From: a virus
IMG/VR virus record: IMGVR_UViG_3300017971_000173
Location: 1 to 33,488 of that record
DNA length: 33,488 nucleotides
Direction: 5' to 3' (one strand)
Below, in pieces: positions 8,445 to 15,522 of this stretch. The first letter of the stretch is position 1. Each line of letters opens with the position of its first letter. The position numbers and the translations under genes were made by a program. Under the pieces are notes generated by a model. The model had not been told where the DNA came from, did no database searches, and worked only from the letters and a program-made list of their open reading frames with translations.

Positions 8445-9443
8445 CTAAAAATTATCAAAGTAGAACCATGAATCAGTTAGATTTTCTGAACCTGTAAATA
8501 TGGTAGATGTCCTATCTTTAGATTTATTAAGATGAGTTTTACGCATAACAAATACTTTTTGGCGATCATATTCAGGCATTATACGCGCAACGGTTTCATG
8601 ATCAGAAGAATCTTCAAGAATTTTTTTAGCAGCACCATATGCTATAAGTTGCCACCATTCTTTGATCAATGGTGTATCAGCATCATTTACAAATGCAGTT
8701 GGCTGAACTCTTACTTGGAGCTTTACTTCATAGACTTTGTCTGGGACAGGTCTAAAAGTAAACGTATTGTCAAAAAATAACACTGCATTGGGTATAGTTG
8801 GCTTATAAGAAAAACACTCATATGTTATAGCCTGTCCAGCTGCTGGTGCAAGTGGAAAGGTTATATTAATCACACCTGTTAAATAATTAATATTACCTAT
8901 GTTGTTATCAGCATTATCTCTCATTTCACCAATAATTGAGGATATGCGACCATAGCCATCTGTTGTTGGAACATCACGCGCAATCATCGCATCATTATTT
9001 AAATCCAATGCTCCAATAACAACTGACCCCTGCAATACATCAGTTGGAAGACTATAAGTAAAAGCCGTAGCAATACCATTACCACTACCTATACTACCTA
9101 GTGTCTTTCTTTCTCTATAATAATTATAAAAATTCTCTGGATATTGATACATCCGTAGCTGTCTTCCGGCCAAATATATTGGTCTATCGGTCATTACTAC
9201 AAAATCTTTAAAATCTTTAAGATTGAGGATGAAATTTCCAGCTGTTGTGCTGTATGAAGCCACATTGGGAGTTGTAGTAAACGATATATTCTTAAATAGG
9301 TCAGAAGTTTGGACCATCTGAGGGAAATCATACAAGTAGAATGTATTAATATACCCAAGAATAGAGGCATCAGAAATTTGGCTCGTGTTTGGGCGTTTAG
9401 TTAATAATCTAACCTTATTTCTAATATCAAGTAATGTTGACAT
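8445..9443 (-). CDS. Virion protein, adaptor / tail-tubular-A position.
   Basis: 332-aa ORF with SD (rc of 9448-9456 GGAGGGAG). Positioned between the capsid-proximal genes and the nozzle-position gene. No motif recognised. Confidence 0.4.
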   Translation of the reverse strand: MSTLLDIRNKVRLLTKRPNTSQISDASILGYINTFYLYDFPQMVQTSDLFKNISFTTTPNVASYSTTAGNFILNLKDFKDFVVMTDRPIYLAGRQLRMYQYPENFYNYYRERKTLGSIGSGNGIATAFTYSLPTDVLQGSVVIGALDLNNDAMIARDVPTTDGYGRISSIIGEMRDNADNNIGNINYLTGVINITFPLAPAAGQAITYECFSYKPTIPNAVLFFDNTFTFRPVPDKVYEVKLQVRVQPTAFVNDADTPLIKEWWQLIAYGAAKKILEDSSDHETVARIMPEYDRQKVFVMRKTHLNKSKDRTSTIFTGSENLTDSWFYFDNF

Positions 9444-9459
9444 ACAACTCCCTCCTTAC

Positions 9460-9834
9460 TTAATTATCCATAAGGTCATCTATACGCCTAAAGGTATAAC
9501 GCCTTACTATTCCTTGGTGTTTGCCAAGATATCTTCCATGCTTGTCAATTTCAATATCACTGACTGGATACGAGCATCGATTTATATGTTTTGCCACTTC
9601 CAAAGGAAGCGTATACTTCTTCCCATCTTCAAGCGTATATTTTTTAGAAACGCCACTACGACCGCAAAGACTCCTGGAAAAGTAACTAAATGTTATAGGT
9701 GCACCACGCACCTCCCAGTTTTTAAAAATCCCATCTACCATGCATATCTTAGATTTTTTTGACTTACCTTTAGTTGGCGTTAGGGCTTCTTCTAGCTTGA
9801 CCGATTGTTTTATATCTTGTTGTTTTTCTTCCAT
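9460..9834 (-). CDS. Hypothetical virion-module protein (124 aa).
   Basis: The track ORF is 9460..9909. The likely start is ATG 9834 with AAGGAGAAATAT upstream. The longer version would run through the GC hairpin 9857-9873. Confidence 0.6.
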   Translation of the reverse strand: MEEKQQDIKQSVKLEEALTPTKGKSKKSKICMVDGIFKNWEVRGAPITFSYFSRSLCGRSGVSKKYTLEDGKKYTLPLEVAKHINRCSYPVSDIEIDKHGRYLGKHQGIVRRYTFRRIDDLMDN

Positions 9835-9856
9835 ATATTTCTCCTTCACTAAGAGA

Positions 9857-9873
9857 GGGGGCCAGAGGCCCCC
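9857..9873 (-). terminator. GC hairpin (7-bp stem GGGGGCC/GGCCCCC, 3-nt loop) after the capsid-proximal genes.
   Basis: Perfect inverted repeat, followed on the minus strand by TCTCTT. Confidence 0.5.
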
Positions 9874-9878
9874 AATTA

Positions 9879-10832
9879 TTATATTCCAAATGTATCGCCT
9901 GCAATCCAATGAATTACATCATTAGCAGCACCACCAGCAGCGGTAGCCCCACCTTTGATTTCAAATCCTCTGAATTGAGTATTTGTTATTGGCCCACTAA
10001 GTGGTATAACTTCAGCATATTTGTTTAGCCCTTCTCCTGTTGTTGGGAATGCAAACGCTGTATATCCTGAGGAATCTATATCAACTGTAATTGTATTAGT
10101 ACCAAGAGCTGTATCGATAGCAAGTATTTTTGCTTCTGCAAGATTTATTTCCTTCATGCCAAATTCTGGCGGACACATAATTCTTACATAGTCACCAACT
10201 GCATATTCGTGAGTTACTGTCATTTTGATAACAGTTGTGGCACCGGCAGTAATAGCCGATATAAATCTATTGCGAGGATACCAAACTTTCTCATACTTAA
10301 CTTTATAAAAACCGGCTGTTGTTGCAACGCTACTTGCCACCATGTTGATTAATTCTAAGCTTGTATTTGCAACAATATTATCAATAGTAAAGTCCATGCC
10401 TTGAAGTTGTGTTGCTCCTGTAACATTTCTCATTCTAATAATATCACCGTCTACCAATCCAGCTGTACTTGTTAACGATACAACAGGAGGTGCGGCACTT
10501 GTGATAGCTGTAACCGTAGTATTAACCGCAGATAGAGGATTGTTCCCAGTGTTTATTTTAGATATTCCTGAACCTGCTGCAAGAAGAGTGCTTTCCAGCG
10601 TGAGGGCACCGCCAGTAGTTTTTCTTTCTGCCATACCATAGTTCTGCGTTGCTGCATTAGGCGCTTGCTGCCAATATGTTTTGACAATCTGATTATTGCC
10701 AACTGCTGTTGTCGGCCACTGTGTGGCATTCATAAGTTTAATCCAATTAGCATCCAAAGGAACTTCCAGAAACTTATCGTTACCATCGGAAGTATATGTA
10801 CCTTGCATTATCATACTTTGAGACATAGCCAT
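9879..10832 (-). CDS. Virion structural protein directly downstream of the major capsid gene (decoration or head-proximal protein?), with an internal duplication.
   Basis: 317-aa ORF with SD AAGGAGTATAATTATG. Two similar segments are present: LVDGDIIRMRNVTGATQLQGMDFTIDNIV and AVGDYVRIMCPPEFGMKEINLAEAKILAID. They resemble the small beta-barrel GD.V.I...G...LNG repeat often seen in phage structural proteins. A strong hairpin follows the gene. Confidence 0.55.
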   Translation of the reverse strand: MAMSQSMIMQGTYTSDGNDKFLEVPLDANWIKLMNATQWPTTAVGNNQIVKTYWQQAPNAATQNYGMAERKTTGGALTLESTLLAAGSGISKINTGNNPLSAVNTTVTAITSAAPPVVSLTSTAGLVDGDIIRMRNVTGATQLQGMDFTIDNIVANTSLELINMVASSVATTAGFYKVKYEKVWYPRNRFISAITAGATTVIKMTVTHEYAVGDYVRIMCPPEFGMKEINLAEAKILAIDTALGTNTITVDIDSSGYTAFAFPTTGEGLNKYAEVIPLSGPITNTQFRGFEIKGGATAAGGAANDVIHWIAGDTFGI

Positions 10833-10843
10833 AATTATACTCC

Positions 10844-11785
10844 TTATGTGGTAATAGTTGCACGGCCTCTTAACAAGTAAGAGTCGTTAAGGATTTTAGG
10901 CACTTGCACCCATTTAACAGCAGCAGTAAAGTTTTGATGCAGCGGATCTAATGGAGGTGTATACAAGAACTTAGCATTGCCTTCGAGAGATACACGCGCA
11001 GCAGCTTCTTTTCCAACACAGAAAATATTATACACAGCTTTACCAAGGGAAGATGGAACTGAATCAATAGAACCTTGAGATGACGTATGAAATGCAAAAC
11101 CGTTAATTGTTCCATGTTCTGATTGTTTTATGCCTATCTGATTTGGATATTTTATTTTTTCAACAAACGAAGGTATCGCATCTAAATCAGAAATAAGGTC
11201 CGTATGACATAATGCATAATATGCTTCACGAGTTGGAACTGTATTGATTTTATTTTCACCAGGACGCCCCATGACGCATGGATATGCATCATTGCTACGC
11301 ATTGTTTGATACAGCTTAGCTGCGTCTTGCGCAGTAATTTCTGTTGGATCGTCACCATTCTCACCGAACACGCAATCATAAAAAGATGCCGTGGAAGCGA
11401 GTACATTCCTGATAAGTTCGTCATCAGTTTCCTTCATAAATACACCGAGACGCTCTGCAAGAACATTTAAAACGGGATCCTGAGACGTGATTACAACCTG
11501 CTCATTCGAGGTAACATATGTTCCATACCATTGAACTTCTGCATCTATATCAATTGCTTTTAATTGCTGCCCCGGAGGGGTTGCGCCAGAGTTTCCAAGA
11601 GGGGTTGTATCAGTCACAAGAGGAATATATCTTCTAAATCTTAATGTATTACCATTATTCCTTTGCAAAACTTTCCGTTCGAGAGGTAAGCCATGAATTA
11701 AGGATCGCGTTCTTGAACGTAAAAGTTTAAATGCATAGCTTTGAGCTATTGGAGGAGGCAATACTGACGTGGTCGTAATAGCCAT
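10844..11785 (-). CDS. Major capsid protein, HK97 fold, N4-gp56-like family.
   Basis: 313 aa. The pattern NGNTLRFRRYIPL...TPLGNSGATPPGQQL...IDAEVQWYGTYVTSNEQVVITSQDPVLNVLAERLGVFMKETDDELIRNVL matches my recollection of the N4 gp56-type capsid family (G.T..FRR...L...PL.EG.TP.G..L.....A.V.QYG.YV..SD.....A.DPVL......L). It follows a scaffold-like gene. Not verified by search. Confidence 0.8.
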   Translation of the reverse strand: MAITTTSVLPPPIAQSYAFKLLRSRTRSLIHGLPLERKVLQRNNGNTLRFRRYIPLVTDTTPLGNSGATPPGQQLKAIDIDAEVQWYGTYVTSNEQVVITSQDPVLNVLAERLGVFMKETDDELIRNVLASTASFYDCVFGENGDDPTEITAQDAAKLYQTMRSNDAYPCVMGRPGENKINTVPTREAYYALCHTDLISDLDAIPSFVEKIKYPNQIGIKQSEHGTINGFAFHTSSQGSIDSVPSSLGKAVYNIFCVGKEAAARVSLEGNAKFLYTPPLDPLHQNFTAAVKWVQVPKILNDSYLLRGRATITT

Positions 11786-11851
11786 AACTTACTCCTATAA
11801 AAATTTACATGTATTATTAATACTTCTGGGTTCGCGACACCCTTACCGCTA

Positions 11852-11911
11852 TGGATTGGCGAGTTCCTTACAGCCATTATAAATTTGTGGATTGGCGAGT
11901 TCCTTACAGCC
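11852..11911 (-). repeat. Two perfect 24-bp direct repeats (TGGATTGGCGAGTTCCTTACAGCC), period 36, upstream of the major capsid gene.
   Basis: Copies at 11852-11875 and 11888-11911. A degenerate third GTAAGG half-site lies at about 11839-11848 (rc CGGTAAGGGT). Confidence 0.9.
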
Positions 11912-11959
11912 TTATTTGACTATAGAATGTAAAATGAAAAAATTTAAAGAATTTATGCT

Positions 11960-11991
11960 AGACACCTGAAAGGAAGTCAATTCAGGTGCCT
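11960..11991 (-). terminator. Hairpin between the scaffold and capsid genes (11-bp stem with one G-U pair).
   Basis: Minus-strand RNA AGGCACCUGAA...UUCAGGUGUCU. No clean U-tract, so it may act as an attenuator or processing site. Confidence 0.4.
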
Positions 11992-12006
11992 AGCTAGTGA
12001 AGACTA

Positions 12007-12786
12007 TTAATATCGAGATATAGCTTCGTACATTTCTTCCTCTAGGGCTGCACCTATTTCTTCGTTATAACCATTAGCAAGTCGTCCAGCAATATTTAAA
12101 GGAGAATTTTGCTGATCTTTAATTGCTGTAGTAGGTATTGGCTTACCTGTGTTTGTATCAACTTTTACTTGATTATGTTGATTTACAGGTTGTTGATCTT
12201 CTTTCATGAATTTTTTAATCAATCTATAGGTTGCCTTACCACGATTGTACAATGGATCGTTATTTTGAATGGATGACTTCAATTCAGGATATTTTTTAAG
12301 AAAAGTCTTAACGTTATCGGCTGTTACAACATTATTAAAATCGGAGAACTCATTATTTAGCTTAAGTTCCGCGGTCATTTCTTCACTGTAACTACGCCAT
12401 TGATCTAGTTCTTGCTTCATTTGGTTCATTTGGTTAGCTACTTTATTAAGGTCTTTTCCCTCAACATAGGCATCTTCCTGAAATGCCTCTTGTTGAGACT
12501 GTTGTTGCTGAAATCCTAGTTGTGCTTCAACATTTCGTATATATTGAGCCATCTGATCACGCTCATATTCTGCTTGTTGCTTAGCTTGACGAAGATTTTT
12601 AACATTCTCATCAAAAGCATTTTCTTGATGAGAGTTTTGCTGTAGTGTAGGCTGATCTTGCAGCGGCGCTTGTTGCGGCTGCTCCTCTGACTGCTGTTCT
12701 AGCTCCTCTTGCGGTTGAGGCGCTTCAGCTACTGCTTCTTGTGTATATGGTTGTTGTATTGGCTGATCAATATTTTTTTCATTCAT
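12007..12786 (-). CDS. Scaffolding protein candidate.
   Basis: 259-aa ORF that is Q/E-rich and predicted helical, lying immediately upstream of the capsid gene. Confidence 0.6.
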   Translation of the reverse strand: MNEKNIDQPIQQPYTQEAVAEAPQPQEELEQQSEEQPQQAPLQDQPTLQQNSHQENAFDENVKNLRQAKQQAEYERDQMAQYIRNVEAQLGFQQQQSQQEAFQEDAYVEGKDLNKVANQMNQMKQELDQWRSYSEEMTAELKLNNEFSDFNNVVTADNVKTFLKKYPELKSSIQNNDPLYNRGKATYRLIKKFMKEDQQPVNQHNQVKVDTNTGKPIPTTAIKDQQNSPLNIAGRLANGYNEEIGAALEEEMYEAISRY

Positions 12787-12787
12787 A

Positions 12788-13318
12788 TTAACTCCTTGTT
12801 ACAGAAAATACTTGCTTTCTTGCCCTCTTGTTTTCAAGGTATTCTATCCTCGCAAGTTCTCCACTATAATATTTTCTAATATTCTCGTACAAATCTTTCT
12901 CATCCTCAGGGACAAGACCAATATTGTTTTTGTACAATTCACAAATATCAATGTCTGGAACTACCCATAAAAATTCCAGATTATCATCTCTTTTATTATA
13001 CTTGTAGACTGCCTGATCATAGAACGGTGTTGGACATGATCTTTGAGCAGCAAAAATATTTTTTCGACAATCTCGAATCAGACGATCTTTACAAAATAAT
13101 ACATGTATATAAAAATCATCATCAAAGTGCTTCTTCCCGTTCTTTAAGCACTCATATATCTGATTTGGATAATCTTTCAACTCTTCATCAACCTGATCTT
13201 GCGCACAATGCGTATTGAATTTACGCTTAGGCTCTAATATAAGTGACCGCTCTCCAATAGTTTGATCACCCTTATCCTTTATCTTCGTATATCTCACCCA
13301 TCCTTTATATTTTTGCAT
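12788..13318 (-). CDS. Hypothetical protein (176 aa).
   Basis: The track ORF is 12788..13453. The likely start is ATG 13318 with AGGGGAAGTTGT upstream. The N-terminal extension of the longer ORF would overlap the divergent gene start and promoter. Confidence 0.6.
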   Translation of the reverse strand: MQKYKGWVRYTKIKDKGDQTIGERSLILEPKRKFNTHCAQDQVDEELKDYPNQIYECLKNGKKHFDDDFYIHVLFCKDRLIRDCRKNIFAAQRSCPTPFYDQAVYKYNKRDDNLEFLWVVPDIDICELYKNNIGLVPEDEKDLYENIRKYYSGELARIEYLENKRARKQVFSVTRS

Positions 13319-13335
13319 ACAACTTCCCCTATATT

Positions 13336-13344
13336 TGCTATAAT
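13336..13344 (+). promoter_or_regulatory. Extended -10 element TGcTATAAT upstream of island gene 1.
   Basis: TG at 13336-13337 and TATAAT at 13339-13344. No good -35 element. Confidence 0.4.
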
Positions 13345-13385
13345 ATAAATGACATATTATAAATCTAAATCGGAGGAGGATTAAT

Positions 13386-13643
13386 ATGAAGGTTATAAAT
13401 GCAATTGCACTTTTGACATTGCTCTCTTCACTTACGATATGTCCAGCGAACAAACATAGAAAGCTGCGGGTTTATAAAAGACCTAGAACTGTAATGCAAA
13501 GAGATCTGTACAGAAACCAAGATCGTAAAAAAACACTCTGTACGCCAGATGTTATGAATCTTAGTGGAAAGATTGCCGCATCCATCATACAAGGAGGAGC
13601 GATAATCATTGGAGCTGTCTTAAGAGCTCTCATAGATAAATAA
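13386..13643 (+). CDS. Small secreted or membrane protein (island gene 1).
   Basis: SD GGAGGAGGATTAATATG. N-terminal signal-like segment MKVINAIALLTLLSSLTIC and C-terminal hydrophobic segment IAASIIQGGAIIIGAVLRALI. Confidence 0.65.
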   Translation: MKVINAIALLTLLSSLTICPANKHRKLRVYKRPRTVMQRDLYRNQDRKKTLCTPDVMNLSGKIAASIIQGGAIIIGAVLRALIDK

Positions 13644-13694
13644 GCGTTTCGTGTAATGGCCTGGTGAAATATCTGGGCCGCTTAATCATATGTC

Positions 13695-13723
13695 TTGACA
13701 CAATATTTATCATGTGTTATACT
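13695..13723 (+). promoter_or_regulatory. Sigma70-type promoter: TTGACA-17 nt-TATACT.
   Basis: TTGACA at 13695-13700 and TATACT at 13718-13723, upstream of island gene 2. Confidence 0.6.
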
Positions 13724-13751
13724 GTTAATACAAGATATGAAAGGAACACAC

Positions 13752-13928
13752 ATGATTGAATCACTAATAGTTTTGTTTGGATTTGGAATATTGGTATTAG
13801 GATTGATAATATTTTTTAAGACATTATTAATGATCTCTGCCAGAGATTACAGGAGAAAGTTAGAGCTTGCACATGCAAGTAAATGCTGTTGCAACTCTTT
13901 CTGCAAGAGAAATAAGGATTTTAAGTGA
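13752..13928 (+). CDS. Small membrane protein with a Cys-rich tail (island gene 2).
   Basis: The first 29 nt of track ORF 13695..13928 are a TTGACA-17-TATACT promoter, so the start is ATG 13752 (AAAGGAACACAC upstream) or ATG 13737. TM segment IESLIVLFGFGILVLGLIIFFKTLLMI; tail KCCCNSFCKRNK. Confidence 0.55.
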   Translation: MIESLIVLFGFGILVLGLIIFFKTLLMISARDYRRKLELAHASKCCCNSFCKRNKDFK

Positions 13929-14167
13929 TGTATAAAATATTGCTTGCTTCATTACTACTTTTCACGACACTCGGGGGCATGAAGAAGGCCCCCGAATGGA
14001 CCGAGAAAGATTTTCAGCTCGCAAGAAGACTTATCAAGGTGCTTAACGCGGTTGAAGATCTTAAAAGCGAAATAAAAAAACGGATAACTGAATGTGAAGA
14101 AAACACAAAGAAGCTCTTCGAGGAAGAACTCGAAAGACTTAAAAAAAATAAGGATTTATATGAATAA
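13928..14167 (+). CDS. Small signal-anchored coiled-coil protein (island gene 3).
   Basis: GTGATG at 13925-13930 overlaps the upstream TGA. N-terminus MYKILLASLLLFTTLGG, followed by a charged helical region. Confidence 0.6.
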   Translation: MYKILLASLLLFTTLGGMKKAPEWTEKDFQLARRLIKVLNAVEDLKSEIKKRITECEENTKKLFEEELERLKKNKDLYE

Positions 14168-14516
14168 AATTACATTTGAGGATTTAAGGAGCAAAGGAAA
14201 AGAAATCATCTGGAACAAAGAAAGGCTTGAAGACGGAAACTATAAAGTAACTATTACATTTGATCATGACGTAAAGAAATCAATAATCATGCAAGCTGTT
14301 CCTGGTCAATATACAGACAAAGACGGAGTCACATTCAAAGAAAAGCCAGAATTAAAAAAAGAAGACTCTGAAAAGCTCGTTGACTCAAGAATTCAAACCG
14401 CACTTACACAACTTCAACAAGCAATCTTCACTTTTAATTATTATGGCGGCAAGATCGATGGATTTATTAGCTCCGGAGAAGCAAGTGCGAAAGATAACAG
14501 TAGTCCTCAGGGATGA
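14160..14516 (+). CDS. Hypothetical soluble protein (island gene 4, 118 aa).
   Basis: Internal ATG 14160 of track ORF 14094..14516, with AAGGATTTAT upstream. Overlaps the previous gene by 8 nt. Confidence 0.55.
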   Translation: MNKITFEDLRSKGKEIIWNKERLEDGNYKVTITFDHDVKKSIIMQAVPGQYTDKDGVTFKEKPELKKEDSEKLVDSRIQTALTQLQQAIFTFNYYGGKIDGFISSGEASAKDNSSPQG

Positions 14517-14682
14517 AACTGAACGGCAGTTCGAGTATATACTTAAATCTCGCGCTGAGCGTGATAGATGGCAAAAATTACCTAGCTATAAGGAAGTAAT
14601 GATAGAAGCAATGCGATTATTATATATCAAAGAACTAAAGGAAGTAAAGAAAGAAGCCAATGGAAAGACTAGAAAAGATTAA
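14458..14682 (+). CDS. Ribbon-helix-helix (Arc/CopG-like) DNA-binding protein candidate (island gene 5).
   Basis: The sequence RKITVVLRDETERQFEYILKS...SYKEVMIEAMRLLYIKE has a beta-strand-helix-helix pattern. The start is ambiguous: ATG 14443, ATG 14458, or GTG 14485 preceded by GGAGAAGCAA. It overlaps the 3' end of the preceding gene. Confidence 0.45.
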   Translation: MDLLAPEKQVRKITVVLRDETERQFEYILKSRAERDRWQKLPSYKEVMIEAMRLLYIKELKEVKKEANGKTRKD

Positions 14683-14980
14683 GAAGATGGTAGGACTCGA
14701 CAAAGAGAGTGCACTATTACTTAAGAACCAACAAATCAAGGAAAGACAGAAGATAGATGATTCCAATAAGAGACTGCTTTCTATGTGCTTTGAGAATGCT
14801 CTCATATTGTTTTACGATACTGTTGACGAAAGACTAGAGCCTAATACAGGCAAGATTACCAAACGACAAACTATATATTTATCTCCAAGATCTAATGCGA
14901 AATTTAATGAGTTAGCCTTTAGACATAACTATGTTCTCCAAGACCTAGCTAACATAATAATAAAAAAAATTTATGGATAA
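14660..14980 (+). CDS. Second ribbon-helix-helix candidate (island gene 6); the RHH-like motif is at the C-terminus.
   Basis: 106-aa ORF. The C-terminal KRQTIYLSPRSNAKFNELAFRHNYVLQDLANIIIKKI fits a strand-helix-helix pattern. An alternative start is ATG 14687. Confidence 0.45.
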   Translation: MERLEKIKKMVGLDKESALLLKNQQIKERQKIDDSNKRLLSMCFENALILFYDTVDERLEPNTGKITKRQTIYLSPRSNAKFNELAFRHNYVLQDLANIIIKKIYG

Positions 14981-15016
14981 CTATCCCTTCAATACACCTA
15001 ATCCATATAGTAAAAA

Positions 15017-15034
15017 GGGTGGCCTAGGCCACCC
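15017..15034 (-). terminator. Intrinsic terminator at the convergence of the portal operon and the plus-strand island.
   Basis: Palindrome GGGTGGCCTAGGCCACCC. It is followed by TTTTTAC on the minus strand, but the plus-strand side lacks a U-tract. Confidence 0.6.
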
Positions 15035-15049
15035 ACACAGAAGAAGCTA

Positions 15050-15154
15050 CTAATACTCCTTCTTTTTTTTTCGTTTCTTTGGTTTTTGTGAAGATCCAAG
15101 GATATTTTCAACTATCTTTGTTGCTTCACCCTTAGGTCTCAATGAGGCAGGCAC
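15050..15154 (-). CDS. Possible 34-aa highly basic peptide (below the ORF-track cutoff).
   Basis: GTG (rc of 15152-15154) shares its G with the TAG of the upstream gene (TAGTG), with GGAGA 6 nt upstream. Hand translation: (M)PASLRPKGEATKIVENILGSSQKPKKRKKKKEY, stop TAG 15050-15052, ending just before hairpin 15017-15034. Confidence 0.3.
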   Translation of the reverse strand: MPASLRPKGEATKIVENILGSSQKPKKRKKKKEY

Positions 15155-15417
15155 TACATATCTCCATTATATGGGCCATATTTAGGTACTGACTGACCCT
15201 TCTCTCCAACATCATTAGCCATAGGTAAATCCATCTCCATGAACTGTTTAGGGACTACACCCTTAGATGTTTTAACCATATTCCAATATGTAGCCTGATC
15301 TTTGTTTGAATTATAATATCCTGCAAATGGCTCATAAACATCTGACTCATGCATCATTGCCTTGTCATGTTTGTTGTATTTGCGCCCAGAAGGCTGATAT
15401 TTCTTTTTTGTAGGCAT
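15154..15417 (-). CDS. Hypothetical protein downstream of the portal gene (87 aa).
   Basis: ORF with SD TAGGAGTAAGTTATG. Confidence 0.65.
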   Translation of the reverse strand: MPTKKKYQPSGRKYNKHDKAMMHESDVYEPFAGYYNSNKDQATYWNMVKTSKGVVPKQFMEMDLPMANDVGEKGQSVPKYGPYNGDM

Positions 15418-15483
15418 AACTTACTCCTATATATAGTAATAAATAAAAAATATTAATATTTCAATCTACATCCTCATTATTCT

Positions 15484-15510
15484 GGGGTGGCCAAGTGGGG
15501 AAGCCACCCC
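15484..15510 (-). terminator. GC hairpin just after the portal stop.
   Basis: GGGGTGGC ... GCCACCCC, 8-bp stem. No U-tract. Confidence 0.35.
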
Positions 15511-15522
15511 ATCGAGGAGAGC

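Noticed and set aside
11828-11845. tRNA T-arm-like GGGTTCGCGACACCC, and a general tRNA search of the intergenic regions.
   Set aside because: The loop does not fit the TTCRANY consensus, and no acceptor, D or anticodon arms can be built around it. I found no GGTTCGAATCC-type motif in any non-coding region.
11852-11911. Whether the 24-bp repeats are a mini-CRISPR array.
   Set aside because: There are only two copies, the 12-nt spacer is far too short, and there are no cas genes. The element lies in an mRNA leader between the scaffold and capsid genes.
15418-15522. Portal TAG readthrough into gene 15154..15417 (same frame).
   Set aside because: The intervening 105 nt contain further in-frame stops, including a TAA just before the downstream ATG, and the downstream gene has its own SD.
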